The notes below the pieces were generated by a model. It did not search any database and was not told the origin of the DNA. It saw only the letters and a list, made by a program, of their open reading frames with translations. The position numbers and the translations under genes are program-made. This document shows positions 42,370 through 53,348 of a DNA stretch of 64,000 bases, piece by piece. The DNA is taken from positions 933 to 64,932 of the IMG/VR virus record IMGVR_UViG_3300028854_000020; one strand, given 5' to 3'. The DNA comes from a virus. Taxonomy: Duplodnaviria > Caudoviricetes. The stretch's first letter is position 1. The number at the start of each line of letters is the position of its first letter.

Positions 42370-43458
42370 ATGGAAAACCAAATTTGTTCTCTTGAAAATT
42401 ATCTACAGTTTCCTGATAATACAATGGATAGTAGAATTGCTATAGCAAGAAAAATACTTGGTGATTCTGTAGTAATTTTAGGTCACCATTATCAGCGTGA
42501 CGAAGTTCTAAAATTTGCTGATTTTACAGGAGATAGTTTCAAACTTGCAAAAGATGGTGCAAAAACAAAGGCAAAATATATTATTTTCTGCGGAGTATAT
42601 TTTATGGCCGAAACTGCGGATATTCTTGGCCACGATCAAATTGTTATTCTACCCGATTTGAATGCTGGTTGTTCGATGGCTGATATGGCTGAAATTTCTC
42701 AAGTAGAAGCATGTTGGGAAACTTTAGAAAAAATTGGAATAACAAATGATTTAATTCCAATTACTTATATGAATTCTACCGCTGCAATTAAAGCATTTGT
42801 TGGAGAATATGGAGGATTAGTTTGCACTTCTTCTAATGCCCAAAAAGCATTTGAATGGGCGTTTGCTCGTGGCAAAAGAATTTTGTTTCTTCCAGATCAG
42901 CATCTTGGTCGTAACACTGGTTATAATATGGGAATTGCATTAAACGAAATGATTGTATATGATCAATGGAGTATTCAGGGTGGACAAAGTAAAGCAAGTT
43001 ATGATCAAAGTAAAATTATTTTATGGAAGGGTCATTGTGCAGTTCATCAGCGATTTTTACCAGATCAAGTTGATATAATTAGACAGAAGCATCCAGATAT
43101 TCAAGTAATTGTTCATCCTGAATGTAGGTTAGAGGTTTGTCTAAAAGCTGATCAAATAGGTTCTACAGAACAGTTGATCAAAATTGTAGAAGAATCTCCT
43201 ATTGGTTCTAAATTTGCAATTGGAACTGAAATTCATTTGGTTAATCGTCTTGCCAAAAAATATGCTCCGTTAGGGAAAACCATTTATAATCTTACTGATC
43301 AAGGATGTTTATGCACCACAATGTTTAGAATTACTCCACAACATTTAGCTTGGGCGCTGGAAAATTTAGTAAACGGAAATGTGGTCAATCAAATCAAGGT
43401 TCGTGATAATGTAAAGAAATGGGCCAGAGTTGCACTTGACAAAATGCTTATTTTATGA
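42370..43458 (+). CDS. nadA: quinolinate synthase
   Basis: ILGHHYQRDEV, FCGVYFMAE, AGCSMADM, YMNS, CTSSNA, CAVH, HPEC, CTTM. Confidence 0.96.
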   Translation: MENQICSLENYLQFPDNTMDSRIAIARKILGDSVVILGHHYQRDEVLKFADFTGDSFKLAKDGAKTKAKYIIFCGVYFMAETADILGHDQIVILPDLNAGCSMADMAEISQVEACWETLEKIGITNDLIPITYMNSTAAIKAFVGEYGGLVCTSSNAQKAFEWAFARGKRILFLPDQHLGRNTGYNMGIALNEMIVYDQWSIQGGQSKASYDQSKIILWKGHCAVHQRFLPDQVDIIRQKHPDIQVIVHPECRLEVCLKADQIGSTEQLIKIVEESPIGSKFAIGTEIHLVNRLAKKYAPLGKTIYNLTDQGCLCTTMFRITPQHLAWALENLVNGNVVNQIKVRDNVKKWARVALDKMLIL

Positions 43459-43740
43459 TATTAATCAAATAAGAAAGGAATATTATGACTAAACCGGTTT
43501 GGACTCAAGAAGAACTTAAAAATAAAATTGCGGAAAATCTTGATATGTGGATTGGAATTTATTTTAATAGTTCCAATGAGAGAAAAATCAAACGTTGGGT
43601 GAATTTCTAACAACAACGATTAATGAACTTGCGCCTGATTATTATGGCGATTATTTCAAGTTTTAATTAGTGGCAGATGGAATTTTCGGCCAATAGAAAC
43701 ATCTGCCGGGGCGGTGAATGCTGTATCCAATTGATTCTAA

Positions 43741-43770
43741 AGGGACGAAAATTCAATTTCGTCCCTATTT
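43741..43770 (+). terminator. intrinsic terminator
   Basis: AGGGACGAAA-TTCAAT/ATTCAA loop-TTTCGTCCCT followed by ATTT. Confidence 0.65.
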
Positions 43771-44073
43771 GGTGTTTTAAGAGGTTCGGTGATGTCTCAG
43801 TATCATTTTATTTTAAAGACCTCTTAAAACGCATTTTATGACGATAAAATAATCATATTTTAGTTGACAAACCACAACATATTTGGTATTCTATATTTGT
43901 TGGTAGGGATTGAAAGTCCTAATCTGACAAGTTGACAGGAGTGATATCTGAGTCAACATTGCATCATCGGGTTTCTACCTGTGAAATTTGGAATGGCACC
44001 GTTTTGAAGGGCATCAGACGGGCCAAATGGAATGGGAGCCATAGAAACCCACGATTTTATTTGAGGTAATAAT

Positions 44074-45066
44074 ATGAAAAGCACCGAAGTAAATCCAGTT
44101 CTGACAACGATTCGCGCTCTGTTGAAGTTCAAAAATGATACCACTATTGCTGAAATTTCTACGACTGCTGGTATTTCTCGAAAAATAGTTCTGGATGTCA
44201 TCAATCGTAATGGAAATATGGTGTGGCGTGATCGCACCAATGGAAAAATTACTCGTGTTGATCCACAGAATATTCTGTGGGGGAAATTGTGGGCAGATGG
44301 AGCATATTTTCGCATTGGTGAAGAGAATTACGGATGTGCTCATACCTTGGTATTCATCGGTCACGAAGAACTAAAAAATGATTTGCTTAAAAACGATTGG
44401 GCTGGTGGTTTGGGTGATTGCTACCCCATCAAGTATGTTCCAGATACTCCTGAAAACAGGGCAGTTATGGTTGCCAATGGTTGTATTTTTCATGATGATA
44501 TTGCTCCTACAGTTGATGATCGTTTGTGGAAGGAATAATTTAACATTTTTGAAAGAGGAATATTTTGGAAAATGAAAAACTGATTGCACCAGAACTATTG
44601 AAAGAAATCATTGCAATTCTAGCATGGAGAGCAAATTATCCACTTAACAAATTGTCGGAACTTGTTGTCCCGGCCCAAAATAATTTGAAAATGCGCGGAA
44701 AGAATGAGTTGCCACCATTGACATTCTAACCAAAATCTGATATACTAATCTTGTAGTCAGAAATGGAGGAAATTTATGATCACGCCTGACCAAACTCGTG
44801 AACTTCTTGATTTATTTCCAGATGCCGATCTATCTATCATTGAATCAATTATTTACGACAATGGTTGGTCTGGATATGAAGATTCTGCATGGTTGATCAT
44901 TTTTGAGGGTATTGATGGATCAACACAGGCTCTCGAATATTCATCTTGTTCTATGTGCGATGGGGAAACGTCTAATACATTTACTCCACGAGAAATAAAC
45001 GACTATGAAATGGAAGAACTTGTTTTACAAATGGAATCTGATATTGCTGAAAATGCTAATAGTTAA
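44074..45066 (+). CDS. hypothetical early genes: 44074-44538 (N-terminal HTH-like) and 44776-45066 (acidic)
   Basis: Each has a sigma70 promoter (43864 and 44718) and an RBS. Confidence 0.65.
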
Positions 45067-45154
45067 ATAAATCATTTTTTGGTTGACAAGTGTCTCCAGA
45101 CTTGATATACTAATCTTGTAGTCAGAAATCAACCCGAAAGGAACAAAAAGACAA

Positions 45155-46282
45155 ATGGCAACAGTGACGATTATCAGAGGATTTAGCCGTGGGCAGTTCA
45201 TCCATAACCAAACCTTCACTCTTCTCAAAGGTTTGCAGAAATGCAAGTCTGGAAAGCAGCACGTTACCGTTGACGGTATGGCTCTTTATGGTATTCCTTC
45301 GGCCCGTATCAAGGTGAAGTCCGAGAAGGATTTTGTCATTGATGGTGAACTTCCGGTTGACGAAAAGATAGAAAAGACTCCCAAGACTGAAAAGGCGCAA
45401 ACTGCACGTCAGATCGCCGCTGCTTCAAAGAACAATGAGGCCGTTTCTCTGTTGGAAGATACAACTATTCCTGATATTGAGTCGAATGAAACTGATGAAG
45501 AGGTTGTTACTCGTATCAGTGATCGCTTCTCGGTGCTCAACAAGCTGACTCTTGGTGCCCGTCGCGGTGATATTCGTGCTCTGTTTGTTACGGGTGCTCC
45601 GGGTGTTGGAAAGACTTTTGGTGTGGAACAGACTCTTGCCGAAGCAAACATGATTGAACAGTTTGAAGGATCGAAGAAGCGATATGAGATTGTAAGTGGC
45701 GCTTGTAGTGCTCTTGGGTTGTTTATGAAGTTGTATGAATATAGCAGCGAAAACGATGTTCTTGTTTTTGATGATTGTGATATGGTTTTCCAAGATGAGA
45801 CTGCTTTGAATTTGATGAAGTCTGCTCTTGATACTTCTGCAAAGCGCAGGATTTATTGGAATCTTGCTTCCAAGTTACTTGATAAGAAGGATATTCCCAA
45901 CGATTTTGACTTCAAGGGAAGTATTATTTTCATTTCAAACATCAATTTTCGTAAGGTTCGCGGAGAAAAAATGAGAGCACATTTGTCAGCCCTCATGTCG
46001 AGAAGTTTTTTCCTCGATTTAACTGTTAGCACTTTCCGCGAGAAGATGTTGCGCATCGAAGATTTGGTTTCAAACAAGGGGATGTTGGATCAGTTCCGTC
46101 TTTCTGCAAAATGTAGTCGTGAGATTATGGCTTTCCTTCGTGAGAATGCAACCAAATTCAATGAACTTTCTTTGAGAACGGTGATTAAACTCGCGTGTGT
46201 TGCAAAAACATTCGATGAAGATGCCACCGAGTGGAAAAAGGTAGCGGTGATGAGTTTGTGTGGTAATCCACTTAGCTACTAA
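45155..46282 (+). CDS. phage AAA/P-loop ATPase
   Basis: GAPGVGKT Walker A, VLVFDDCD Walker B, IIFISN, ALMSRS. Confidence 0.85.
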   Translation: MATVTIIRGFSRGQFIHNQTFTLLKGLQKCKSGKQHVTVDGMALYGIPSARIKVKSEKDFVIDGELPVDEKIEKTPKTEKAQTARQIAAASKNNEAVSLLEDTTIPDIESNETDEEVVTRISDRFSVLNKLTLGARRGDIRALFVTGAPGVGKTFGVEQTLAEANMIEQFEGSKKRYEIVSGACSALGLFMKLYEYSSENDVLVFDDCDMVFQDETALNLMKSALDTSAKRRIYWNLASKLLDKKDIPNDFDFKGSIIFISNINFRKVRGEKMRAHLSALMSRSFFLDLTVSTFREKMLRIEDLVSNKGMLDQFRLSAKCSREIMAFLRENATKFNELSLRTVIKLACVAKTFDEDATEWKKVAVMSLCGNPLSY

Positions 46283-46290
46283 TCAATAAT

Positions 46291-47022
46291 TTAAGAAAGG
46301 GAAGATTCTAATTCTTCCCTTTTCTTTTTGTTTTCAAAATAAGTTTTAATTTGTTTATCAATTGATTCTTGGCTACGAACATATGAACCATTAGCTTTTC
46401 TGGTGGCGGTTATATTAGCAATATGCTCTGGTGATTTTGGTGTAACTTTTATTCCAGCTTCTTGTCTTTTCTTACAAGTGTCTCTTTGTGCTTGTTTTGA
46501 TTTTTCTGATCGTGCATAATTATCATTCTTTTTTCGAGTAGCAACACCATTTTTGATAACTTCTGGAGAATTTGGTCTTCTATATGTTCCGTTTATGATT
46601 TTGGTTTCTTTGCTTTTTCTTGCTGATTCTGGTGTATTTGTGTTCCATTTCCCTCTTTCAAGCCTTGTCGCTAAACTTCTTTCAATTGCATCTTGGGAGC
46701 GAATACTTCCTAATGATCCATCTCCGCCATCTGACTTGTTTCGTAAACAACCAGTTCCAATATTAATACGACCATATAAATAAATTTTTAATATTTCCAA
46801 TTGAAATGCATCGGCTTCATTTATTGGTTCTGAAATTATAATATTATTTTTATCTTTTGGAACAGATATTCCTTTTTGATGTTTAGAATAAGGTCGTCGT
46901 TTTATTCCTTTGCCAATATAATAAGGTGTTCCAATATCACCATATTTTGATTTTCGCGAACGTATGTATTCGTAGACATAATATTTCTTTTCTTGAGAAT
47001 ATATTGCAGTATAAATAGTCAT
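46291..47022 (-). mobile_element. GIY-YIG-like homing endonuclease
   Basis: YYVYEYIR, PYYIGKG, GRINIGTGCLRNKSDGGDG, basic repeat tail. Confidence 0.8.
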
Positions 47023-47096
47023 TAGCTGATTGCCCTCCATGGCATTAGAACTAGCAGGATTTCGCGATCCGTGGCTAGTATATTTATTTATCAAAT

Positions 47097-47477
47097 TTAT
47101 GTAATCTTCTTCACAACCAAAATACTTCTTCTCTTTTTCTTTTGACTCAATGCCGATAATGATACAGCCTGTCCATGAATAATTGTAACTTCCTTAGTAA
47201 TAAAGGTTTTGAAAATTTTATTAAAAGGTTTCCATTCTTCTTTTAAATAAATGTCGATGGGTAATTGACGATTCGATTCATAATACCATTTTTCGGCGAG
47301 TGCCAAAAATAATCGTTTTTCTTCTTCTGTTTTCAAAAGACCAAAATCATAAATACTGGTAATTGTGGCATCTGTATTTTGTATGATTCCAACATATTCG
47401 TCATGAGAATCACCGTATAATAATACTGATATAAATGGAAAAGATTCAGTTAGTTTTTTATATAAATTATTTGGCAT
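47097..47477 (-). CDS. conserved phage hypothetical protein
   Basis: FPFIS..Y...EYVGIIQN...W..ESNR.LPI motif recalled from jumbo phage proteins. Confidence 0.65.
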   Translation of the reverse strand: MPNNLYKKLTESFPFISVLLYGDSHDEYVGIIQNTDATITSIYDFGLLKTEEEKRLFLALAEKWYYESNRQLPIDIYLKEEWKPFNKIFKTFITKEVTIIHGQAVSLSALSQKKKRRSILVVKKIT

Positions 47478-47544
47478 TGTATCCCTTTATACATATTTAA
47501 TTTCCAATTCTATTTATGTTTTTGATTTATAACTAAATACAAAT

Positions 47545-48372
47545 ATGCAACTTATACGAACATATTTTGAAAATAAGGAACCAAAAATTCGAGCACAGAT
47601 CGTTGGATTTTCAAATGCCAATACTGGTATTGGATTGATTGGTTATAATGAGGATCGCGTTATGTATTCAACTCCGTTACAATTATTTTCGGGTGTAAAT
47701 AATCCAGTTAAAATTTCATGCTTGAATTCAGATCAAAAAAGAATAAATGTTTCCAATGTGAATATTCAATGTGGATTATTTGTTCCAAATACTCAAAATG
47801 AACTTATAACCGCAAACGCAACAAATATTGATTCGGCTAACGGAATTGTTGAAATAATTTTTACTCCAAGCCAATTAGCCCCTCTTGATTTTGGATTATA
47901 TGAAGTTGCTTTGACCGCCACAGATGCGAATTTAAATTGTTATCCCATTTATATTGACGATAACTATAATTCTCGCCTTACGACAAGATTATCCAAAGGT
48001 CCAGTTCTTGCTTATGCTGATCCAATTCCTCTTTCATTTACTGATACTGTTGATGTTGGAGTAGTAAGTAACAACATTGATTTAACTCAACGTCCGATGA
48101 ACAGCACAACAGCAACAGTATGTGCAAATCTTATCGCATATACAGGAAATATTATTGGTCAGGGTTCACTTGTTACAATACCATTTCCAAATGATTGGGG
48201 AAATGTTTCAAGTTCATATTATGCAAATGTAACGGGATTAGTTTTTCAAAACATGATAGGTTCGTTTGCGTTGGCTCGTTTTGTAATTGAGGGTATCGAT
48301 CCACATGGATATGGAAATGTGTCACCATCAAATATTGCATTATATATCAATGGTGCAAACATCAGAATTTAA
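47545..48372 (+). CDS. probable structural or baseplate-associated protein
   Basis: CTAAATA late promoter; beta-rich composition. Confidence 0.55.
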   Translation: MQLIRTYFENKEPKIRAQIVGFSNANTGIGLIGYNEDRVMYSTPLQLFSGVNNPVKISCLNSDQKRINVSNVNIQCGLFVPNTQNELITANATNIDSANGIVEIIFTPSQLAPLDFGLYEVALTATDANLNCYPIYIDDNYNSRLTTRLSKGPVLAYADPIPLSFTDTVDVGVVSNNIDLTQRPMNSTTATVCANLIAYTGNIIGQGSLVTIPFPNDWGNVSSSYYANVTGLVFQNMIGSFALARFVIEGIDPHGYGNVSPSNIALYINGANIRI

Positions 48373-48409
48373 TATTTACATTTGAAAATTGATCTGATAT
48401 AATCAATTC

Positions 48410-49414
48410 ATGAACCTCGTCTCACAGACAATTTATGATTATTGGTGTCGATCCAGAACAAAAATGTCTCCGTCTGGATGGTTAACACGCAATGCTCCGT
48501 GCTGTATTCATCGTGGAACTACTCAAGACAAACGTGGGCGCGGTGGATTAAAACTAGATAATAATACCGAAGCAATAACCATAAAATGTTTTAATTGTAA
48601 TTTTGTTTGTAGTTTTACTCCCGGAAAACCTCTTTATCCTAAAATGCTTTCTATGATGAAATGGCTTCTTATTGATGATAATAACATAAATCAACTAAAA
48701 TTAGAGAGTCTAAGAATATTAAGTTCCACAGGAAATGAAATAATAACTCATACACGAAGAGAAATAAAACCAATTGAATTACCGGAATGTTATCTATTAC
48801 AAAATGAATTATCAAAATATTCAAAACATGTTGATTTTTTGAAAAGTAGAGGATTTAATTGCGATGATTTTCCGTTTCTTGTTTCTCCTGATTTAACATA
48901 TAGAAGTCGGGTTATTCTTCCATTTATATTACAAGATACAATAATAGGATATTCAGCAAGGTCAATTGTTCCAACTGAAAAACTTAGATATATAATGCGT
49001 ATGACAACCGAATTTGTTTTTGGTTTAGAATGGGTTTTACCAGATCATGAATGGGTTTTTGTAACTGAGGGTTTGTTCGATGCATTAAGCGTAAAATGTT
49101 TAGCAATTATGCATAATGAAGTTGGAGATGCACAGGCAGAAATAATAAATGATCTACAAAAGAAAATTATTATTGTTCCAGATTTAGATGTTTCTGGTTT
49201 AGCTAAAAGAGATAATAGTTTGATTGATACTGCAATAGACAACGGTTGGTCAGTTTCTTTTCCATTATGGAAAGAAAAAGATATAAACGCTGCATATGTT
49301 AATTATGGCCCGCTTTTTGTTGTTAAACATCTTCTTGACCAAAGCACGAATAATACTACAACGATTAGGTTGAAACAAAAACTATTACTTGATGAATTAA
49401 AAAGTAAAAAATAA
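48410..49414 (+). CDS. DNA primase
   Basis: N-terminal Cys-rich zinc domain; GYSAR; VTEGLFDA and VPDLD TOPRIM motifs; adjacent to helicase. Confidence 0.85.
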   Translation: MNLVSQTIYDYWCRSRTKMSPSGWLTRNAPCCIHRGTTQDKRGRGGLKLDNNTEAITIKCFNCNFVCSFTPGKPLYPKMLSMMKWLLIDDNNINQLKLESLRILSSTGNEIITHTRREIKPIELPECYLLQNELSKYSKHVDFLKSRGFNCDDFPFLVSPDLTYRSRVILPFILQDTIIGYSARSIVPTEKLRYIMRMTTEFVFGLEWVLPDHEWVFVTEGLFDALSVKCLAIMHNEVGDAQAEIINDLQKKIIIVPDLDVSGLAKRDNSLIDTAIDNGWSVSFPLWKEKDINAAYVNYGPLFVVKHLLDQSTNNTTTIRLKQKLLLDELKSKK

Positions 49415-49551
49415 TTTTCTCGGAGGAATAAATCACAGGGTTCGCCTGATCTTGATTACGATTCAAATGAGGATAATATTTAAGTATTGACTTATAAATT
49501 AATAAGAGTATACTTATTTTAACGCATATATAATTTCAAGGATTAAAAAGA

Positions 49552-50829
49552 ATGGCAATAGAAAAATGTTCACCTGAATTACAACGAATTTTCTTGAATT
49601 TTATTCTTAGTAGTGGAACTCTTTATGTAAGAATTCAAAATATTTTTAATCCTCAAAATTTTGATCGAAGTCTTCAAAAAGCCGCATCATTTATTCAAGG
49701 GCATGTTCAAAAACACAACACAATCCCAACAGTTCAACAAGTCAATGCAATTGCTGGAACAGAATTGGAATTGATTGGTGATATTATGGAAGGTCATGAA
49801 TCTTGGTTTTTAGATGAATTTGAACAATTTACAAAACGAGAGGAACTCGAAAGAGCAATTTTAAAAAGTGCTGATTTATTAGGAAAGGGAGAGTTCGATC
49901 CGGTAGAACAGATAATTAAAAAAGCGGTTCAAATATCTCTAACACGAGATTTGGGTATTGAATATTTTTATGATCCCAAGGGGAGATTAATGAGATTAAA
50001 AAATAGTAATGGACAAGTTAGCACCGGATGGAAAGATATCGATGAAAAGTTGTATGGTGGATTCAATCGCGGCGAGTTGAATGTATTTTGTGGTAGTTCT
50101 GGAACCGGAAAAAGTTTATTTCTACAAAATCTTGCATTAAACTGGATGCAAATGGGACTTAACGGAATTTATATTACATTGGAATTAAGTCAAGACCTTG
50201 TAGCAATGAGAATTGACAGTATGATATCTGAGATTGGCAGTCGAGATATTTATAAAAATCTTGATGATGTTGAATTAAAAATTTCAATGGCCGGAAAAAA
50301 ATGTGGTAGACTAAAAATTAAATATATGCCATCACAAAGCACAGTTAATCAAATAAAAGCATATGTTAAAGAATTGGCGATTCAAGAAAATTTTAAACCT
50401 GATTTTATATGTTTGGATTATTTAGATTTGATTATGCCAAGTGGTGCAAAAGTTGATGTGGCAGATGTATTCACAAAAGATAAATTGGTATGCGAAGAAA
50501 TACGAAATTTTGCTGGTGAGTTAAAGTGTTTATTATCAACAGCTTCACAATTTAATCGTTGTCAAACTTTAGATTCGGAAATCATTATTAATGGACAAAA
50601 AACTACAATTAATAATGTGAAGGTTGGAGATATTTTAGATTCCAACGGAGAATCAGTGATAGTAACAGAAGTTCTTCCAATTATAAAACAACCAGTTTGG
50701 GAAATTGTAACAAAATCAGGTAAAAAAATAAAAGTTAGTAGCAGACATAACTTTCCAACACAAGCGGGAATTAAAAGTTTAGAAACTGGTTTGATTATTG
50801 GAGATAAATTGAGTAGCCGTGATAAATAG
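49552..50829 (+). CDS. replicative helicase (gp41/DnaB), N-part fused to split-intein N-fragment (50560-50826)
   Basis: GSSGTGKS, ITLELS, LDYLDL, ASQFNR followed by CQTLD...HNFPT intein blocks A and B. Confidence 0.92.
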   Translation: MAIEKCSPELQRIFLNFILSSGTLYVRIQNIFNPQNFDRSLQKAASFIQGHVQKHNTIPTVQQVNAIAGTELELIGDIMEGHESWFLDEFEQFTKREELERAILKSADLLGKGEFDPVEQIIKKAVQISLTRDLGIEYFYDPKGRLMRLKNSNGQVSTGWKDIDEKLYGGFNRGELNVFCGSSGTGKSLFLQNLALNWMQMGLNGIYITLELSQDLVAMRIDSMISEIGSRDIYKNLDDVELKISMAGKKCGRLKIKYMPSQSTVNQIKAYVKELAIQENFKPDFICLDYLDLIMPSGAKVDVADVFTKDKLVCEEIRNFAGELKCLLSTASQFNRCQTLDSEIIINGQKTTINNVKVGDILDSNGESVIVTEVLPIIKQPVWEIVTKSGKKIKVSSRHNFPTQAGIKSLETGLIIGDKLSSRDK

Positions 50830-50850
50830 AATAAAGGAGAGCTACTCAAA

Positions 50851-51990
50851 ATGAATCATATTTATATTCGCAGCCGAAAATTAAAAAAACTAAATTTAAC
50901 ACAAAGTGATATTGATCATTTAAACCAAATTGAATATTCAAATAAAAATTTAACACTGTTAGTAAAAGCAATTGTAAAAAATTATAATTTTGGGTTGTCT
51001 ATGGAACATTTATCCAAAAATTGGAATAAAATTGTTGCTCTTGGTAGAGATTCTTCCAGCTTAGAGGCTTATATAATTAGATATGGAAAAGAATTTGGTG
51101 AGAAATATTTTCAAGAAAAGATTCAAAAAACAACCTGTGATACTCAATATTATGTTGCTTTATATGGTGTTGAGAAAGCAAAAGAACAACTTAGGTTAAG
51201 AGGTGCATCTGAACAAATATATATTGAAAGACTTGGTGAAGAGTTAGGAAAACAAAGATGGCAAGAATATTTGGTTCGTAGGAAAATGGCATATGTAAAG
51301 AATAGAAAAAATGGTTATGAATATGCAAAATACAATCGTGAATATTATCATAATTTACATGGTATTGAAAAGGGAAATGAAATATATGATAAGAAAATCG
51401 CAGCACAAGCATATAAAGTAAGTTTGGCTTATTATATAGAAAAATTTGGAGCCGTTAATGGGCCAGAAAAATGTCGTGAAAATAAAGATCATCTTAGTAT
51501 AAGTTATTTTATAAAGAAACATGGAAAAGATTTAGGAACAGAAAAATATACTGAATATTGGGAAAATTTTCGAAAAAATAACGGTTCTATGACACGCTCA
51601 AAAATTAGTAAATGGTCAATGGAAGTTGTTGATGAATTATTAAAGGTATTTCCAGATTTAATTCAATATGGAAACAATGAAAAAAGTTTTATTTTATGTG
51701 AGGGTGATAATTTAATAGGTTATGCAATTTATCCAGATTTGGTGTATAATGATAAAATAATTGAGTTCAATGGAGATTTGTTTCATGCAAATCCAAAAAT
51801 ATTTGAAAAAGATGAACATCCACATCCATTTGACAAAGAAAAAACTTCAAAAGATATATGGCAACACGATGCATTACGAAAAATGGTATTTGAAAAAGCT
51901 GAATTTAAAGTTTTAGAAATTTGGAATTCTGATTGGATTGATGATAAAGAAGGAGTTTTAGAAAAATGTGTGAAACATCTGAAATCTTAG
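50851..51990 (+). mobile_element. free-standing Vsr-like (EDxHD-type) homing endonuclease inside the fractured helicase gene
   Basis: YG.E.G helical repeats; PD...IIEFNGDLFHANP...IWQHD...VLEIW. Confidence 0.8.
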
Positions 51991-52475
51991 ATTATAATGA
52001 TGAAATCGTTGCAATAAATTATATTGGTATCGAGGAAACCATTGATATTAATACAAATGGAAATAGATTATTTTGGTCAAATGGAATTCTTACGCATAAT
52101 AGTTCATTTGACGAAACTGAATTTACTGGTGCATCTATTGCTGGTGGTTTAAGTAAATTGAATACTGCCGATATTCTATTTGGTATTTTTACAAGTCGTA
52201 TGATGAAAGAGCGTGGAGCAATCCAACTTCAATTTATGAAAACTCGTAATAGTGGTGGAGTTGATAGTAAAGTTGATTTAGATTTTGATGTTAATTCATT
52301 ACGTATTACTGATTCTTCAAAACCAACAGATCAAAATTCAGCAATGACCGGTAGTAATGTTTTAGCTAAAATTAAAAACAGACAAAAAACTGACGAAGTA
52401 ACAATTGGTGGAGTAACAGATAATAGAAAAGATTTATTAAAGTCTTTGTTGGGGAATATAAAAGCAAACGGATAA
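51966..52475 (+). CDS. split-intein C-fragment (51966-52100) fused to helicase C-part
   Basis: ...RLFWSNGILTHN/S splice junction, then IAGGLSKLNTAD and QFMKTRNS. Confidence 0.92.
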   Translation: MCETSEILDYNDEIVAINYIGIEETIDINTNGNRLFWSNGILTHNSSFDETEFTGASIAGGLSKLNTADILFGIFTSRMMKERGAIQLQFMKTRNSGGVDSKVDLDFDVNSLRITDSSKPTDQNSAMTGSNVLAKIKNRQKTDEVTIGGVTDNRKDLLKSLLGNIKANG

Positions 52476-52486
52476 GAAAGGATTTT

Positions 52487-53283
52487 ATGATATTTATTAT
52501 TTTTATTATTTTTTTAATATGGTTAATAGTTGGATTAATTTGCGGAGGGTTTTCTATAAGTGAATTTGATATTAACCCATATGAAAATAAATTTGAAATT
52601 AAAAAATTAAATGTATATGAATTTGGTCTTTTGGTATCTTATATGATGTTTGGACCATTAACGCTTTTATTAAATTTTATTAGGATTGGATCAATTAACA
52701 AGTGGCATTGGTCAGAAAAATTATTGACAATTAAAAGAAAAAGAGAATTATTTATTTTACGAAAGTTGGAGTCTTAGAAAGGATTTTATGATATTTTTAT
52801 ATGTTTTTATTTGGGTTATGTGTGGATATATATCTTGGGGGATTTTAGAGGGTCAAATGCAATATATGTTTCCAATTAACAACTTTCATATTTTAAATAT
52901 AAATTCTATGGCTATTTTATCTTTTTATCTTTTAATTGGACCGTTTTCGTTAATTGCTGTAATAATTATTATATTAAGAGAAACAGGATTTCATAAACCA
53001 CATTGGATATGGAGTGTTATTAAAGAACAAGAGCGACAAGCATTTCTTAAAAAGTTGGAGTCTTAGATTTGAAGCAGAGTAGTAAGAGGTAGTTATGGCT
53101 ATATTAAAATTTGAAATTTATATTAATGATGAACTGGTTGATACTATTGATTCCCCATATAAATTAATGACAACTCGCTCTATAATAGATAAATATCTAG
53201 ATGAAAATCCTTCTATAAATAGAAAAACTGCTAAAATAAATGTGAGAATTGTAAATGCTGATTGCAAGGGGTGTGGCAACTAA
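52487..53283 (+). CDS. two paralogous membrane proteins ending KLES (52487-52777, 52788-53066) and a small ORF (53095-53283)
   Basis: Shared TM pattern, GP motif and HW. Confidence 0.7.
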
Positions 53284-53348
53284 CCTGTTTGTTTTCAATG
53301 ATTTATTTTTGTTGACATTTAACCACTATTTTGGTATACTGGAACTGT

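Noticed and set aside
43774-43830. Cas9-type repeat/anti-repeat (GTTTTAAGAG...CTCTTAAAAC)
   Set aside because: Single short hairpin with no array, tracr features or nuclease nearby
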